This document shows positions 19,101 to 29,001 of a stretch of 64,000 nucleotides of DNA, in pieces. Location of the stretch: positions 87,956 to 151,955 of IMG/VR virus record IMGVR_UViG_3300043185_000099. One strand, given 5' to 3'. The notes under the pieces are model-generated. The model was not told the origin of the DNA, made no database searches, and saw nothing but the letters and a program-made list of their open reading frames with translations. A program made the translations under genes and the position numbers. This DNA is from a virus. The stretch's first letter is position 1. Each line of letters starts with the position of its first letter.

Positions 19101-21518
19101 GGAGTCAGGTTGCAGAGCCTCGAAGATCAGGGCAAGGAGCCGTCCGTTGTCTGTGCTCTCGAAAAACTCCGCCTCCTTGCGCTTGGCGGCGATGATATCC
19201 GCCTCGATGTTCGCGAGACGATCCGTGCTGAAGGAAGAGTTGGCAGCGTTCCGAGAAACGCCTCGCCCGTTGGCTTGATCGAACGCGTTAGACTGTTGCT
19301 GAGAGGCACGCACCTGGTCTTGGCGTCGTGCCAGCTTGTTTTCCGAACGGGCCACGCTGTCGTGGACCGCCTTGAAGTCAGAGAAGGCTTTCCTCAAGCG
19401 GATAGCGTCGAACTCGACCACCTCTGCTAGGTTCTTGCCATACCTGAGCTTGAACTTTGTGATCGCGGTGGGGTCCTGCACTCTGCGTCGCCCGTCCTCG
19501 TCCGTTACGACCCCGTCGGCCTCAAACCGATTGAGGTTCGAGATGTCCTGTTGCAGCATGCTGATGAGCAGATCGGCGGAAGTCTGCGCATCCTTGGACG
19601 TTCGGAGAGTGAAGTAGTCGATCCCCACTCCGACCGTGGAGAAATTGGGGTTGAACTTCCTCGGGTCCAAGGCCAAGACTACGTTAGGGAACCCAACGAT
19701 ACGAGGCAATCCGTTATCGTAGACCTCCAGGGGCCTCGGGGGCAGATCGGGACGATCGAGACGCACCAGGCCAATAGCGGACTGCCCGTCAGGTGCAGCC
19801 TCCAGGAAGCCCGGGGCATGGAATTTGGCGCGCCGGCACGTCAGCACCAGTGAAGTAGTGCACTGGCCCCCGAAAGCAAACTGATGGCTAACCTGGCTGA
19901 CGTAGTAGTACGAGTCACAGAACGGGATGTAGACCGGGTATCCCGGTCTCAACTCAGGACGGATCGGGATCGTGCAGCTAGCAGAGTAGGTGTCCACGTT
20001 CAGCACGTCGAGACGTGCACAGCCAATCCAGAACAGAACTCTGGGATCCGAGGCGTAGGTGATGTCCATGGCCGCGGCAGGCCGCCATCCGAATTGGGCC
20101 ACCAGACGGTAGTCGACATACAGCGCGCGCTTACCTGTCACTCCTGTGTTTGAAACAACCCCAGTGAGCCCCTGGGTCCACGTGCCCCGGACAATGATGT
20201 AAGTGGCAGTCGCTTCCTTCTCGGTGAATGTGATGTTGATGATGTCCTGGTCCTCCAACCGGTAGTACCTGTTTGAGGATGTGTCGAGATTCCAGAACGG
20301 TGGCTTGAACACCAGGTCGCCATCCACGTCCTGGTAGAACTCGTAACCCGTGGCCTCGCAAACCTGCTGCGCCACGTCCATCTTCGTCTGGTAAGTGGAC
20401 TCCCAGTGGTTGACGGTGCCAATATCTCCGATGGCTTGGTTGAACGCATACATTTCCAGAATGGACAGGTTGACGGTCTGGCCATTCTGTTGGAGGAGAG
20501 GGGAGTAGATGAAGTCTACTCCACTCCCACTGAGCCCCAGCGCCTTGGCAGCTGACAGCCGAGCCGAAAATGGATCCGACTCCGATCGCAGGCTCTCCCC
20601 CTCCGAGAAGATCGTGCTACTGAGCAGCTTGTTGAGATCCCGGTTCGACGCCGACCCGAACCACGCCTGCTGCGCGGCATTGAACAGTTGACCGTTGACC
20701 CCGTACATCCGCAGAGACTGGATACGCGTCTTGAACCTCTGCTCCCAGTACGTTGTGATGTGGTCATAGAGCTGTTGCCCCCCGGGGGTGTTCGCAGCGA
20801 GATTCGACTGTTCGTCGAGCGCGAACTCTACACCCGCTGCCGCACCCGCCACGTCCTTATAGAGTGTGTAGATGATTGAGAAAGGGTTGGTGTTGTTGAA
20901 GTTGTGTCCGAACAACGTGGGACGGCCAGTGTCATTCGTAGGCTTTCGATTCTGCGCCTGCCATGCCCCGGACGTGACGATATTCTGGTACGACCAGAAG
21001 TGCAGGAGAGAAGCGCATGAAAGCGTACCGTTGTAGAACCCGTCCGAGTACTCGTAAGAAACCTGCGTGACGACGCCATGGAAGATGGGATAGTACGGGT
21101 ACGTCGCGTACTTCGACATGTCCAGACGTTCCCCATATCCTGACGGGATGGCCAGCCCACTTTCTTGGGGATCGGGCAGGTGACGAAACATGCCTCGGAT
21201 CGGGAAGTAGCCGCGAGCGAAGATGTTGACCTCCAGACCCGGACGGAGGATGTTGTAGCCATCGATGAAGACCTGTTGGCCCTGGACTCTCGGGAGCGTG
21301 AGGTTGACCGTCGCGGAGTGAGAGCCGGTTTCGGTGCCGGCCTCGACGTTGAATGACGTCACGAAATTTTGGATCTCAATCCGGCCTCGGCAGCGCGGAC
21401 ACCCAGGAAGCGACGTGTCCCCATTGATGAACAACAGCGCATCGGGGGTGTACTTGATGACCGCTCGATTGTTGAGCCTCCAAGTGCCGACGTACGGTCT
21501 GTCCTCGATATTAGACAT
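16158..21518 (-). CDS. Baseplate hub, gp27/gpD-like (1786 aa), with an inserted lysozyme/lytic-transglycosylase-like domain
   Basis: Hub-like motifs (YEFYQDVDGDLVFKPP; IPIRPELRPGYPVYI; YYVSQVSHQF). Internal WAQNESGFNPTAQN...GASGWFGF segment between Pro-rich linkers. Confidence 0.7.
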   Translation of the reverse strand: MSNIEDRPYVGTWRLNNRAVIKYTPDALLFINGDTSLPGCPRCRGRIEIQNFVTSFNVEAGTETGSHSATVNLTLPRVQGQQVFIDGYNILRPGLEVNIFARGYFPIRGMFRHLPDPQESGLAIPSGYGERLDMSKYATYPYYPIFHGVVTQVSYEYSDGFYNGTLSCASLLHFWSYQNIVTSGAWQAQNRKPTNDTGRPTLFGHNFNNTNPFSIIYTLYKDVAGAAAGVEFALDEQSNLAANTPGGQQLYDHITTYWEQRFKTRIQSLRMYGVNGQLFNAAQQAWFGSASNRDLNKLLSSTIFSEGESLRSESDPFSARLSAAKALGLSGSGVDFIYSPLLQQNGQTVNLSILEMYAFNQAIGDIGTVNHWESTYQTKMDVAQQVCEATGYEFYQDVDGDLVFKPPFWNLDTSSNRYYRLEDQDIINITFTEKEATATYIIVRGTWTQGLTGVVSNTGVTGKRALYVDYRLVAQFGWRPAAAMDITYASDPRVLFWIGCARLDVLNVDTYSASCTIPIRPELRPGYPVYIPFCDSYYYVSQVSHQFAFGGQCTTSLVLTCRRAKFHAPGFLEAAPDGQSAIGLVRLDRPDLPPRPLEVYDNGLPRIVGFPNVVLALDPRKFNPNFSTVGVGIDYFTLRTSKDAQTSADLLISMLQQDISNLNRFEADGVVTDEDGRRRVQDPTAITKFKLRYGKNLAEVVEFDAIRLRKAFSDFKAVHDSVARSENKLARRQDQVRASQQQSNAFDQANGRGVSRNAANSSFSTDRLANIEADIIAAKRKEAEFFESTDNGRLLALIFEALQPDSNNPIRRKINGIPGSDLTLAWFESLAHLKDQFVASSIPGYYRYFSCAHPNPIMQGMASIKWDDGQRQPRRKPTPPQTKPPTPAPQKASNRKANKARALAIFNGLEKQLDLPGLARVLRVWAQNESGFNPTAQNCTAEAQFTVRTVRARVTGQPGGRYKSKKAALAAHEKFQRTWAANPYVSDEEAWLPNGCGASGWFGFLSTTAMTAFSHPDSAYHNIDPRQALFDPGTTTACALENMASATNSSIWRSLPPDQQTYMNARLLVGWGASNFRGAIQNDDIKPVTVEDVNNLLDGCTLKTEAWPTIMKNGKVVPDGGSYVARRARYYQKLCQQKLSPSEIAEFCQLQMPAQRMRKLIPNGRADAIADLARSLDPGGGEEPMPVAVPTQMQAVGEEQADPPSIVLEEADLPAGRQVIQFMPTVTTLEGLRPPEAELGVGTCSKGLRIASGPKKAPAVLSTDQIQTISFVRHEKGKFTSVVGVSQTSGRLAFNQEDLTLQLALNFSEPAQNVDDPGQLVSDVFLQVYNQLGEDLASVEIPVYQNGDQVGTTQIELRAFDDAIIFSASTLPASLQEQISAELGTSDTYMMSVLTLGQAAQFPGLKPQGPQKDDGRSLQRTIDGLAGLYAAVVSQDIQKAFYQIQSPALDPSTGKVERLTNIQDAFNSAISKAVGIDKVVNAIITNTVEEKSVKDGKITKTAYSPAFPVSDDKGYHHYGSFRYGRGLTVDPGGTFEFLHSGQDPFKNVTAQNAEEFLRVLTLQYAGKLKSNNVQLAGAREAAVEMAQEDLRRKQQPLENAQSDESDLVLFEDPTDDQLRPYVTAFRDVGVVAKHLDRDTLRAFLMASGDDPNLIEAGSFNIVDTQFARNFANFAVNYGNNSVFKTTISNAAYRLADLTSHLVARAGEACVCRGSHADVVLAAYARSDFVTVGGVDPREQPAVAFQHEEIIKKAEQHALQQRRYRGQIMEGPPPDAHVFNKANPKGN

Positions 21519-21522
21519 GCAA

Positions 21523-22776
21523 TCAGAGCGTCCTGCCGCCAGGACGAGATTGAACGGGGGAGGAAGAACCGAATGTGTTCACCAACAGGTCGAGGATCGC
21601 CGTCGAAGGATCGGCATCCTCGGCGCTCGGTACTGTCTTCGTCGCCTTGGATTGCTGGTTTGGGACGAATGGCACCCGGCGACTGCTGGTCGAAGAAGGC
21701 GTGGGTGTTGGAGGAGCGTCGAACGGCCTGACGGCACTGTCCTGCCCTCTGTCGAACATGAAGGACACCGTAAAATCGAAGTTGAAGGTGACGCCGCCAT
21801 GCTGTTGCCCTTCGTCGTAGCTGTAGTCGAAGGAGTCGAAGTTCCCGAGGTAGACCCACTGGTCGTAGCTGAGTTCGATGTGGCCCGCAAAGAGATGGGC
21901 CTCGGACGGAGGACTCCCTGATGTGTCGTAGATGTACCCGTTGTTCCTGTAGAACGCGAAGAGGGCCATCATGTTCTGCCACGCCGCGGAATCCCACTTC
22001 GACACCCACTGGTAACCAGACACGGTTGCCGTTCGGCCGGGCTCTCCACGTCCCCGAGACCCCGCCACAAATCCCGCCGATCTGCCGCTGACCGACAGTC
22101 GAACCTGTTCCTCGCCCCACGACTGGAAGATGTAGTTGAACCTGTTGCGGTCCTGGTACGACTGTTTCTTGGCGTACGAGATCGCCAACGACTGTGGGTT
22201 GACGAGCAGAGTGAGTGGCGGAGTGTCGAGGACCCGGTTGAGCTGTACGATGACGTCCATCGCCTGGATCAGATCGGACACGGCCGCCTGGTTGGCCTCC
22301 GTCTCCGTCACCCGCCTCGGATTGAATTGAATCCCGTTCGCAGCGATGAGATTTTCCAGTTGGGTGAGATCAGCTCCGCGCCCCGGTCCGGTGGCGAAAA
22401 AGTTGGACTGCCGGAGCAAATCTTGCTGCTCGAGAACCTTGTCGAAGTTGTCGTTGACGCGGAGGGCAGACTCGATGATGTCGATGTTCTGCGTGGAGTC
22501 TTGGGTTCCTACGATCTGCTCTCGAAATGGATCGAATGGGCTACGTGTCGGCGCCTGACCTCCTCCGAGGAGAGCATCTACGAGCACGGGCGGAGGAACC
22601 ACTCGAAACGTGAAGGGAGAACCGAGCCTCGCGTCGCGCAGGCGTTGCTTCGTCCCATCGATAGGGTCCGAGACCGCCGCCACGTACTCGCGTAGCCAGT
22701 TGACGCCTCCTTGGAGACCCCCATAACTGCCGAGAGGGGTGAACCTCGAAGGAACGGGTTGATTCCTGTCCGCCAC
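21523..22776 (-). CDS. Tail tube-initiator-like baseplate protein (417 aa)
   Basis: Motifs LLVNPQSLAISYAK, FYRNNGYIYD and YLGNFDSF; paralogous to the neighbouring gene; lies between tape measure and hub. Confidence 0.6.
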   Translation of the reverse strand: MADRNQPVPSRFTPLGSYGGLQGGVNWLREYVAAVSDPIDGTKQRLRDARLGSPFTFRVVPPPVLVDALLGGGQAPTRSPFDPFREQIVGTQDSTQNIDIIESALRVNDNFDKVLEQQDLLRQSNFFATGPGRGADLTQLENLIAANGIQFNPRRVTETEANQAAVSDLIQAMDVIVQLNRVLDTPPLTLLVNPQSLAISYAKKQSYQDRNRFNYIFQSWGEEQVRLSVSGRSAGFVAGSRGRGEPGRTATVSGYQWVSKWDSAAWQNMMALFAFYRNNGYIYDTSGSPPSEAHLFAGHIELSYDQWVYLGNFDSFDYSYDEGQQHGGVTFNFDFTVSFMFDRGQDSAVRPFDAPPTPTPSSTSSRRVPFVPNQQSKATKTVPSAEDADPSTAILDLLVNTFGSSSPVQSRPGGRTL

Positions 22777-23492
22777 TACAAGTCCTCAAAAGGCGTGTCC
22801 ACGACAGGATCGAGCACGGCTGTGGAGGGAGCGGTCTGTCCGGCTGCCAAATTCGACGAAACCACAGAGGACTGCGCAGCAAATGTGGGCGCCAGAATAC
22901 TTCTGAACTGCATGCTCTCCTTGTCGATGATGAACTTGGCCGATAAGCTGAAGAGAAATGGACGGGACGCTTCCTCTGTGACCGTGAACGTGTCGAACCA
23001 TCCGATGTAGGTTCCACCATCGAATGTGACCTTGAGGTACCCCTGGACGGCAATGTTCCCGAACGCGTCGTAGATAGCCCCGTTGTTGTGGAACAGGGCT
23101 AGGAGATCCAGGTACTTGTCGTAAGCGATCGTTTCCCGTCGGCCTTGATCACCCGAACCGAAGCCGGTGACGTTAGAAAGCCCCGTGAAGAGCCGCATGA
23201 AGCCCCCTGTGGCGGCCTCGAATGTGATGTCCTCAGCGGCGTCTCCCCAGTGAAACTCCACCCATCCCGCCCGCGTCTGAACCCTCTCGGTCTGTTTCGC
23301 GTAGCGGAACTGCATCGACTTCGGGTTGACGTGAAGCACGAGCCGCAAATCCTGGTCAATTGAGTCGAGCAGGCTCGTGGAACGGTCGGGCGCAAGGATG
23401 TCGAAGATGACGGGTCTCCTGCCGCGGTTCTGCTGGTCCTCGTCGGGTCCGACGAATGCCCCCTTGAACACCGCTGTTGATCGGTCAGGCAT
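22776..23492 (-). CDS. Tail tube-initiator-like baseplate protein (238 aa)
   Basis: Motifs LHVNPKSMQFRYAK, LFHNNGAIYD and YIGWFDTF; paralogous to 21523-22776. Confidence 0.6.
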   Translation of the reverse strand: MPDRSTAVFKGAFVGPDEDQQNRGRRPVIFDILAPDRSTSLLDSIDQDLRLVLHVNPKSMQFRYAKQTERVQTRAGWVEFHWGDAAEDITFEAATGGFMRLFTGLSNVTGFGSGDQGRRETIAYDKYLDLLALFHNNGAIYDAFGNIAVQGYLKVTFDGGTYIGWFDTFTVTEEASRPFLFSLSAKFIIDKESMQFRSILAPTFAAQSSVVSSNLAAGQTAPSTAVLDPVVDTPFEDL

Positions 23493-26424
23493 TGCCGGTC
23501 GCCTTCAGGACACGCATGACGGTGCGGTACACCTCGCGTTGGTCCCCGCCATAGACGTTGACAGTGATGGGAGCTTTCGCCCCGGCCCCGCCACCTGTCA
23601 AGCCCATTGCATGAGCAAGGGGTCCTCCAGGCCGGGTGGCCATGAACATGTCGTCGGGATGCGTAATGATCGGTCTTCCGCCGGCAGGGAGAATGAGGTC
23701 CCCAGCTTCGACTGAGGCACCCAGACCCTTAATCGCGGCTTGCCCGGCGTTGAGAAGTGCGCCGAGGTACAACTCCCGCATTGCATCTTCTTCGGCCTCA
23801 CCTCCCGGATCGGTATATGGATCATACTTCTTGTAGGCTACATTCCAGGCTCGATTTCGTACCCAATCTGCGAAAGTCCCCTTGTAGTTTTCGGGGGCTG
23901 GAAGATCAAACAAGCCCCCGCGACGGAACTCCTCTTCCACAATCTTGTCATACGCCTCTAGGGTCTCGTCTTCATGCGGCCACAAATTCAATTTGCCTGT
24001 GTGGAGGTCCAACAGGCCGCCTGGCGCTAGGCTTTTCATTGCGTTGGCAAACACCCTGGCGACCTGTTCTCTGTCGACTTCGTAAGTCTCTCCGCCCTCA
24101 CCCGTGATCTTGACAGTGCCAGGTTCGATGTCGGCTATTACAGCCTCCCCAACACCGCCCCCAGCCTCGACAATTCCATGTGACTCTATGAGCGATCCGA
24201 GCCGTGCCTCGGCCTCCCCCCGTGCTTTCCCAGCCTCCTCGACTCGTTTCCTGGCGGCCTCCACATCTTCCTTAGGCGCTCCGGCCATGGTCAGTCGACC
24301 CAGATCCTCTCGGGCGGCCTTTTCTTCCTCGGCCGCCGCGGCGATGTCCGCTTGCGCCGCTTGCTTGGCCGCTGCGTAGATGCGTCGTTCCGAAGGTTTG
24401 TTGCTGAGGGTGACAGCTTCCCAAATCCCAACGACGACTTTGTGAATCGCCATGAGTACCCCAAGAATGTTCTCCTGCAGGACATTCTTGACGGACTCCG
24501 TCGCGGCCGCAGTCTGACGAGCCAACGCGATGTCCTCCTTAACCTGCTCCGCCAATTCATCAGATGCCACCGCAGCATAGTTCTGAATGACGTAAGACTC
24601 GTCGAGGGTCTTACCTTCCGCTTCGGCCTGGGCCCGGAGACGTTCAAAAACATCGGCGAGAGCCCGCATAGTCTGGGGATCGGCCTCGAAGCCCAGCTCG
24701 GCCATCTGCTTCTTGAGAGCATCGAGTCGTCCTACGTCAGCTGTCTCATACGCTTGATCGAACTTTTCACCCAAGACGCTGGCAGCTGGCCGCAGTAGCA
24801 TGGCCATCTTGGCCGGGACAGTCAGAGCTGTCATGCCTCTGGCTACATCGGCCATTTCACCAGTTCCACCCCGCATCAGTTCCTGAACCCCGCGAACTCT
24901 CGAGGCAGCGGTCTCCATGCCAGCAGCTCGAAGTCCTTCCTTCAGCGCGAGGTCCCTCGTCTCGTCTCGCAGGATCTTCTCGAAGTCCTCGAAGGTCTTA
25001 ATGCCAAGATCCTTGAGAACCTTGGCACCTTCCGCCTTACCTCCGATCTCGTCGAAAAATGCTTGGGCATTGATCCTTCCGGCCTCCGCCATGATCCCGC
25101 TCATCCGGCCTTCGCCGGAGATGTAGTACCTCTGCAGCGCATCCTCCACTGAATCGGTCTGCTGCTTGAGGATGCCGCCGAACACCTTCGCGCTGAGGTC
25201 CTGACCCAACGTCCTGGCCAACTCTCCCAACAGCTTGGTGGCATCCTGGATTCGGACGTTGTAGTAGAGGAGACCGCTCGTAGCCTCCAGCACTGTCGAG
25301 AAGAACCGCTTGGTCGAGAACCCGGCAGCTTCAGCTTCGCGGGTCACCATCGCGTAGGCTTCGGCAACTTGTGGGACCGTCATGCCTGTCTCCAACCGGA
25401 TCTTGGCCATCGACGCCGCTGTTTCCGTATGGGACTCTCCAAGCAGTTTGCTGTAGGCGATGGCAACCGTTGTGATGTCGGCGTAGGACTTCATCGAGTC
25501 CGCGGACGCATCTATCTCTTCCCGAAGGTGCTCCATCCGAACGCCCGCTTCTCCGTATGCTGCGAGGACCTGCAGGTGTTGCTCCGTGGTTGCTCGCAGA
25601 TCATTCCACTCGCTTGCAGCCTTGTTGAGTTCCTCGCGCATGCGAACGAGTTCCTGTTCCACCCGGAAACCGGCCACCGCGCCGCTACCAAATCCAAAAT
25701 CCATCGCTCCTGTCGTAGATATGACAGTCTTGTTGAGTTCATTCATCTTGTCGTCGAGGTCCACGAAAGCCTTGACGAGGAGCACAACAACTCCGAGTAC
25801 GGCTCCAATGACACCCAACGACTTGCCCACCGTGGCAAGACCCCGCCCCATAGCCGCCATCGACTGCGCCTGCTTGGCGCTCCCTCCTGCCTCCCTGAGC
25901 CTGATCGCAGAGCCTTGACGCGCCCTGCCGGCCTCCTGCAAGCGACCCCCGGCCCCACGGAGCATCTCCGTGAACTCTCCGGGGGACCTGAAGAGCCCGC
26001 CGACGGAAGACAGCCTCTGTTTGATGGAGTCTGCCTTCTGTTCAAACGTCCGCGCTTGACGGTCCTCCCGAGACTTCATGGCGGCGGAGATCGCCCCCAT
26101 CTCATCCTTGAATCGTCGCGTTCTTTGTCGGAGGAGACGATCCAAGCGCTCGGCTTCGCGGAAGTTCCCGGTTTGGATCGCCTTGTTGAAGTCCTGATAG
26201 ACCTTCGTGACGTGCGACCGGAGAAAATGTTGGATCGCGGCACCGCTGCGCCCTGTGGTGAAACCGAGCTTGAGGCCCGCCTCAAGCCCCTCAGCGGACA
26301 TCTCCTTCAGCTCGTCGCGCCACTTCCTCGCGTTTTTCGACAGGCCCTTCCCAAGCTCATTCGCAGCTTCTCGAAGACCCCTGGTGTTGAGGACGAGGTC
26401 AACCCCTAGCTGCTTGTTCGCCAT
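23485..26424 (-). CDS. Tape measure protein (979 aa)
   Basis: Ala/Glu/Arg-rich helical protein with one hydrophobic segment; C-terminal APITVNVYGGDQ motif; canonical position after tube and chaperone genes. Confidence 0.7.
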   Translation of the reverse strand: MANKQLGVDLVLNTRGLREAANELGKGLSKNARKWRDELKEMSAEGLEAGLKLGFTTGRSGAAIQHFLRSHVTKVYQDFNKAIQTGNFREAERLDRLLRQRTRRFKDEMGAISAAMKSREDRQARTFEQKADSIKQRLSSVGGLFRSPGEFTEMLRGAGGRLQEAGRARQGSAIRLREAGGSAKQAQSMAAMGRGLATVGKSLGVIGAVLGVVVLLVKAFVDLDDKMNELNKTVISTTGAMDFGFGSGAVAGFRVEQELVRMREELNKAASEWNDLRATTEQHLQVLAAYGEAGVRMEHLREEIDASADSMKSYADITTVAIAYSKLLGESHTETAASMAKIRLETGMTVPQVAEAYAMVTREAEAAGFSTKRFFSTVLEATSGLLYYNVRIQDATKLLGELARTLGQDLSAKVFGGILKQQTDSVEDALQRYYISGEGRMSGIMAEAGRINAQAFFDEIGGKAEGAKVLKDLGIKTFEDFEKILRDETRDLALKEGLRAAGMETAASRVRGVQELMRGGTGEMADVARGMTALTVPAKMAMLLRPAASVLGEKFDQAYETADVGRLDALKKQMAELGFEADPQTMRALADVFERLRAQAEAEGKTLDESYVIQNYAAVASDELAEQVKEDIALARQTAAATESVKNVLQENILGVLMAIHKVVVGIWEAVTLSNKPSERRIYAAAKQAAQADIAAAAEEEKAAREDLGRLTMAGAPKEDVEAARKRVEEAGKARGEAEARLGSLIESHGIVEAGGGVGEAVIADIEPGTVKITGEGGETYEVDREQVARVFANAMKSLAPGGLLDLHTGKLNLWPHEDETLEAYDKIVEEEFRRGGLFDLPAPENYKGTFADWVRNRAWNVAYKKYDPYTDPGGEAEEDAMRELYLGALLNAGQAAIKGLGASVEAGDLILPAGGRPIITHPDDMFMATRPGGPLAHAMGLTGGGAGAKAPITVNVYGGDQREVYRTVMRVLKATGNA

Positions 26425-26427
26425 CGC

Positions 26428-27651
26428 CTAGCCTTCTTCCCCCTCGTCAGCCAGCGTAGGACGGCGAGACTGGATTCGCGTCTGCAGATCGCTTGGGAGT
26501 GAGTCCGGACCGGGCTTGGTCAGAATATCGAGCATCGCCTCCTCCGACGGTAGATCGGAGACGATGTTCCCATCATCGTCAACGGCGAGTCGCCCAACAT
26601 CGGGGTTGTTTTTGATGTACTTGTCGTAGGCACTGTTGTGCTTGTTGGAATCCAGAACCCTGGAGACCCCAGGGATTCGAGCGCGGGCTCGTTCAAGGAG
26701 CTGACGTCCAGCTTCTCCCGTGAGCGGGGTGAGCTGCGTCTTGGAGATTCCGGCCTCCTCGAGCGCTACCTGGAGCGCGCGTCGCCGGGTCTCCTCCGCT
26801 GACCTGCGTGTTTCGACGTCATGCCGAATCTTCGCCTTGACCCCGTCAACCACCAGGTCGTGCCGGTCTTTGATGCCCTGCACCCATTTGCGCATCTCGT
26901 CGCGAAGCTCTTCCTCCGATTCTGCTTGCCAAAATTCTTGGGCCCGCTTCTTCTCCTTCTTCTTGACGCGATCCTCACGCGGGATGAGACCACTTGCCTC
27001 GTAGTAGATCCGGTCCAACACTGATTGTCGCTTGCGACGCAGACTTTGCGAACTCTGACGATCCTGCGCGACGATCTTTTTGACACCTTTCGGCGCGTGC
27101 GGTCCAATCTGGAATTTGGCGAGGTCCCACAGGTATTGGTTGTGTTCGTGGTCGTCCTCGGTCTCATTGAAGTAGAGCCAGAGTTTCTGGACCGCGTTGA
27201 GCCCTGTAGAATCCCTGCCAACAATCCTGCTGCCTTCGCTCCGCCACATGAACCTGGATTCATTTTCGTAGAGGAACGCCTCGGCACGGCGAGCTGCCTC
27301 AGTTACGCGCTTGAGGAGCCCCGTGAACACGGAATAGACGTCGTCCAGCATGGACCGCGGCATGACGCAACACATCTCGTGGAGCCGAGAGAGGGTGCTC
27401 TCATCCCCTAAAACGACCTGACCGTCGACCATCCAGATCGAGGCAGCGATGGCCCACCGCTGCCACCCGATGTCAGACACTCCCGAAGCCCGGTACTGGA
27501 GAAGCGTCCAGTCGTCGTCATTCAGCGAGCGGAGCACGAGCCGCGAGCCGTTGACGTCCAGTGGGTGGGCCAGGAAACCCGGACGAAGCATCTGCCGGAC
27601 ATCCGTGTAGATGCTCGTCCGCTGTTCCGGGGTGGTGACAACCAGATCCAT
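26428..27651 (-). CDS. Putative tail assembly chaperone-region protein (407 aa)
   Basis: Lies between tail tube and tape measure; helical and charged. Confidence 0.5.
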   Translation of the reverse strand: MDLVVTTPEQRTSIYTDVRQMLRPGFLAHPLDVNGSRLVLRSLNDDDWTLLQYRASGVSDIGWQRWAIAASIWMVDGQVVLGDESTLSRLHEMCCVMPRSMLDDVYSVFTGLLKRVTEAARRAEAFLYENESRFMWRSEGSRIVGRDSTGLNAVQKLWLYFNETEDDHEHNQYLWDLAKFQIGPHAPKGVKKIVAQDRQSSQSLRRKRQSVLDRIYYEASGLIPREDRVKKKEKKRAQEFWQAESEEELRDEMRKWVQGIKDRHDLVVDGVKAKIRHDVETRRSAEETRRRALQVALEEAGISKTQLTPLTGEAGRQLLERARARIPGVSRVLDSNKHNSAYDKYIKNNPDVGRLAVDDDGNIVSDLPSEEAMLDILTKPGPDSLPSDLQTRIQSRRPTLADEGEEG

Positions 27652-27654
27652 GCA

Positions 27655-29001
27655 TTACGTTCCCGGCGCTTTGAACTTGTCGTTCTTGGCCCCACCCTGC
27701 GGATTGACCTGCGGATCGGGGCCGCCGCGCGCGGCCGGCCGATCCAAATCCTGCGTCGGCAGCCGATATACCGGTTTGCCATGGAGCTGCGCCGTCGTGT
27801 CTGGACGGCCCGTGCGGATGGCTCCTGCCCCGGAATCAGCCACAGCATTCCCGACGTTGGCCGCGATTCGAGCCGCGGCCCTCAAACCTCCCGTTCGTGG
27901 ATCCATCGAGGCTGCAACGGGCGCAGCTTGTGGGGCCCCTCGACCCCGTCTCAGCTCCCTTGCTGTCGCCGTGGGATCCGGCATCCCGGCTTCCTGAGCC
28001 CGCTTGGCCTGCTCCTGGCGCGCTCGCTGGCGCTCGTTGTGTTGCTGCCGAAGCAATGCCTGCCGACGAGTCTCAGCCGCTACAGCGGCGTCAGGATCAG
28101 ACGGATCGAAGAATGAATCGCCATCGGCCGGGAGAGGGATACCTTGCCGGTCTGTCTCAACCGGGGGCGGCGCGGGAGCGGAAGTGCCCGATTCGGGAGG
28201 AGCCGCGCTATGCGGGATGGCCGACCGTCGTCCTCCTCCTGGGCTCGACACGGGTTCCTCGGCCCCACCCATCTCCTCGGCCCCACCCATCTCCTCGGCC
28301 CCACCCATCTCCTCGGCGTGAGCATCCTCGAAAGGCTCGCCGATGGTCTCGGCTGCCTCCCCGACCCTCTGGCCACGGGCGACATCCCGCGACCGTTGAA
28401 TCGCATCGCCCATCTTCTGGACCGCGGCCTGTTGCTGTCGCGTTCGATCAGGTTCAGGGGCCTTGGACAGTCTCTCCTTCGCTGCTCGAAGTTCCGCGAG
28501 TCTTCGCTCCACCCGTGCGATCTCATCGTCAAGATCCTGTGGCTCAAACTTGACGGCGGCGCTGGCGGCGATTTCGAGACGTTCGGCCAGCTCGCCGAAC
28601 TTCCCGAACACATGCGTCAGCATGGTGCGCGACCACTCCCTCTCGATCATGTCCCTGATCGCTTCCCACTTCGGAACCGACACCTTCCTCCCCGCCGCGT
28701 CGGTCTCGTCCGTCTCGATGTACTGGACGTCCCGGAGGTCGAGATCCCCGATCTGGATGACGGAGAATCCGAGCGTGGCGTGCCGCATCCGGTCAATGAA
28801 ATCGGCGAAGGCAGCCTGGTCTGCCTCTTCGGTGGGGCTCTCCCCCCACGCGACCTGCGCGTAACGCTGGATCTCCGTTTCCTCGTTTCCTCGGAGGGGA
28901 CGCAGGGTGATCCTCGTACCTCCGGCGTCGAACGAGAATTCGTGATCGCGGATGCGCTCGACTCTGGTGATTGCGGTCTCTAGGGCCTTTAGATTGACCA
29001 T
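27655..29001 (-). CDS. Putative tail assembly chaperone (448 aa; MVNLKALETAIT...) with low-complexity C-terminus
   Basis: ATG at 29001 preceded by a GGAGAG RBS; ITLRPL motif; position after the tube gene. Confidence 0.55.
   Translation of the reverse strand: MVNLKALETAITRVERIRDHEFSFDAGGTRITLRPLRGNEETEIQRYAQVAWGESPTEEADQAAFADFIDRMRHATLGFSVIQIGDLDLRDVQYIETDETDAAGRKVSVPKWEAIRDMIEREWSRTMLTHVFGKFGELAERLEIAASAAVKFEPQDLDDEIARVERRLAELRAAKERLSKAPEPDRTRQQQAAVQKMGDAIQRSRDVARGQRVGEAAETIGEPFEDAHAEEMGGAEEMGGAEEMGGAEEPVSSPGGGRRSAIPHSAAPPESGTSAPAPPPVETDRQGIPLPADGDSFFDPSDPDAAVAAETRRQALLRQQHNERQRARQEQAKRAQEAGMPDPTATARELRRGRGAPQAAPVAASMDPRTGGLRAAARIAANVGNAVADSGAGAIRTGRPDTTAQLHGKPVYRLPTQDLDRPAARGGPDPQVNPQGGAKNDKFKAPGT
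28256..28327. repeat. 18-bp tandem repeat (about 3.5-4 copies) encoding AEEMGG
   Basis: TCCTCGGCCCCACCCATC repeated in tandem within the CDS. Confidence 0.9.

Noticed and set aside
26428-29001. Programmed frameshift joining the two tail-chaperone-region genes
   Set aside because: The second gene has its own ATG 3 bp after the first stop, and I saw no convincing slippery heptamer.
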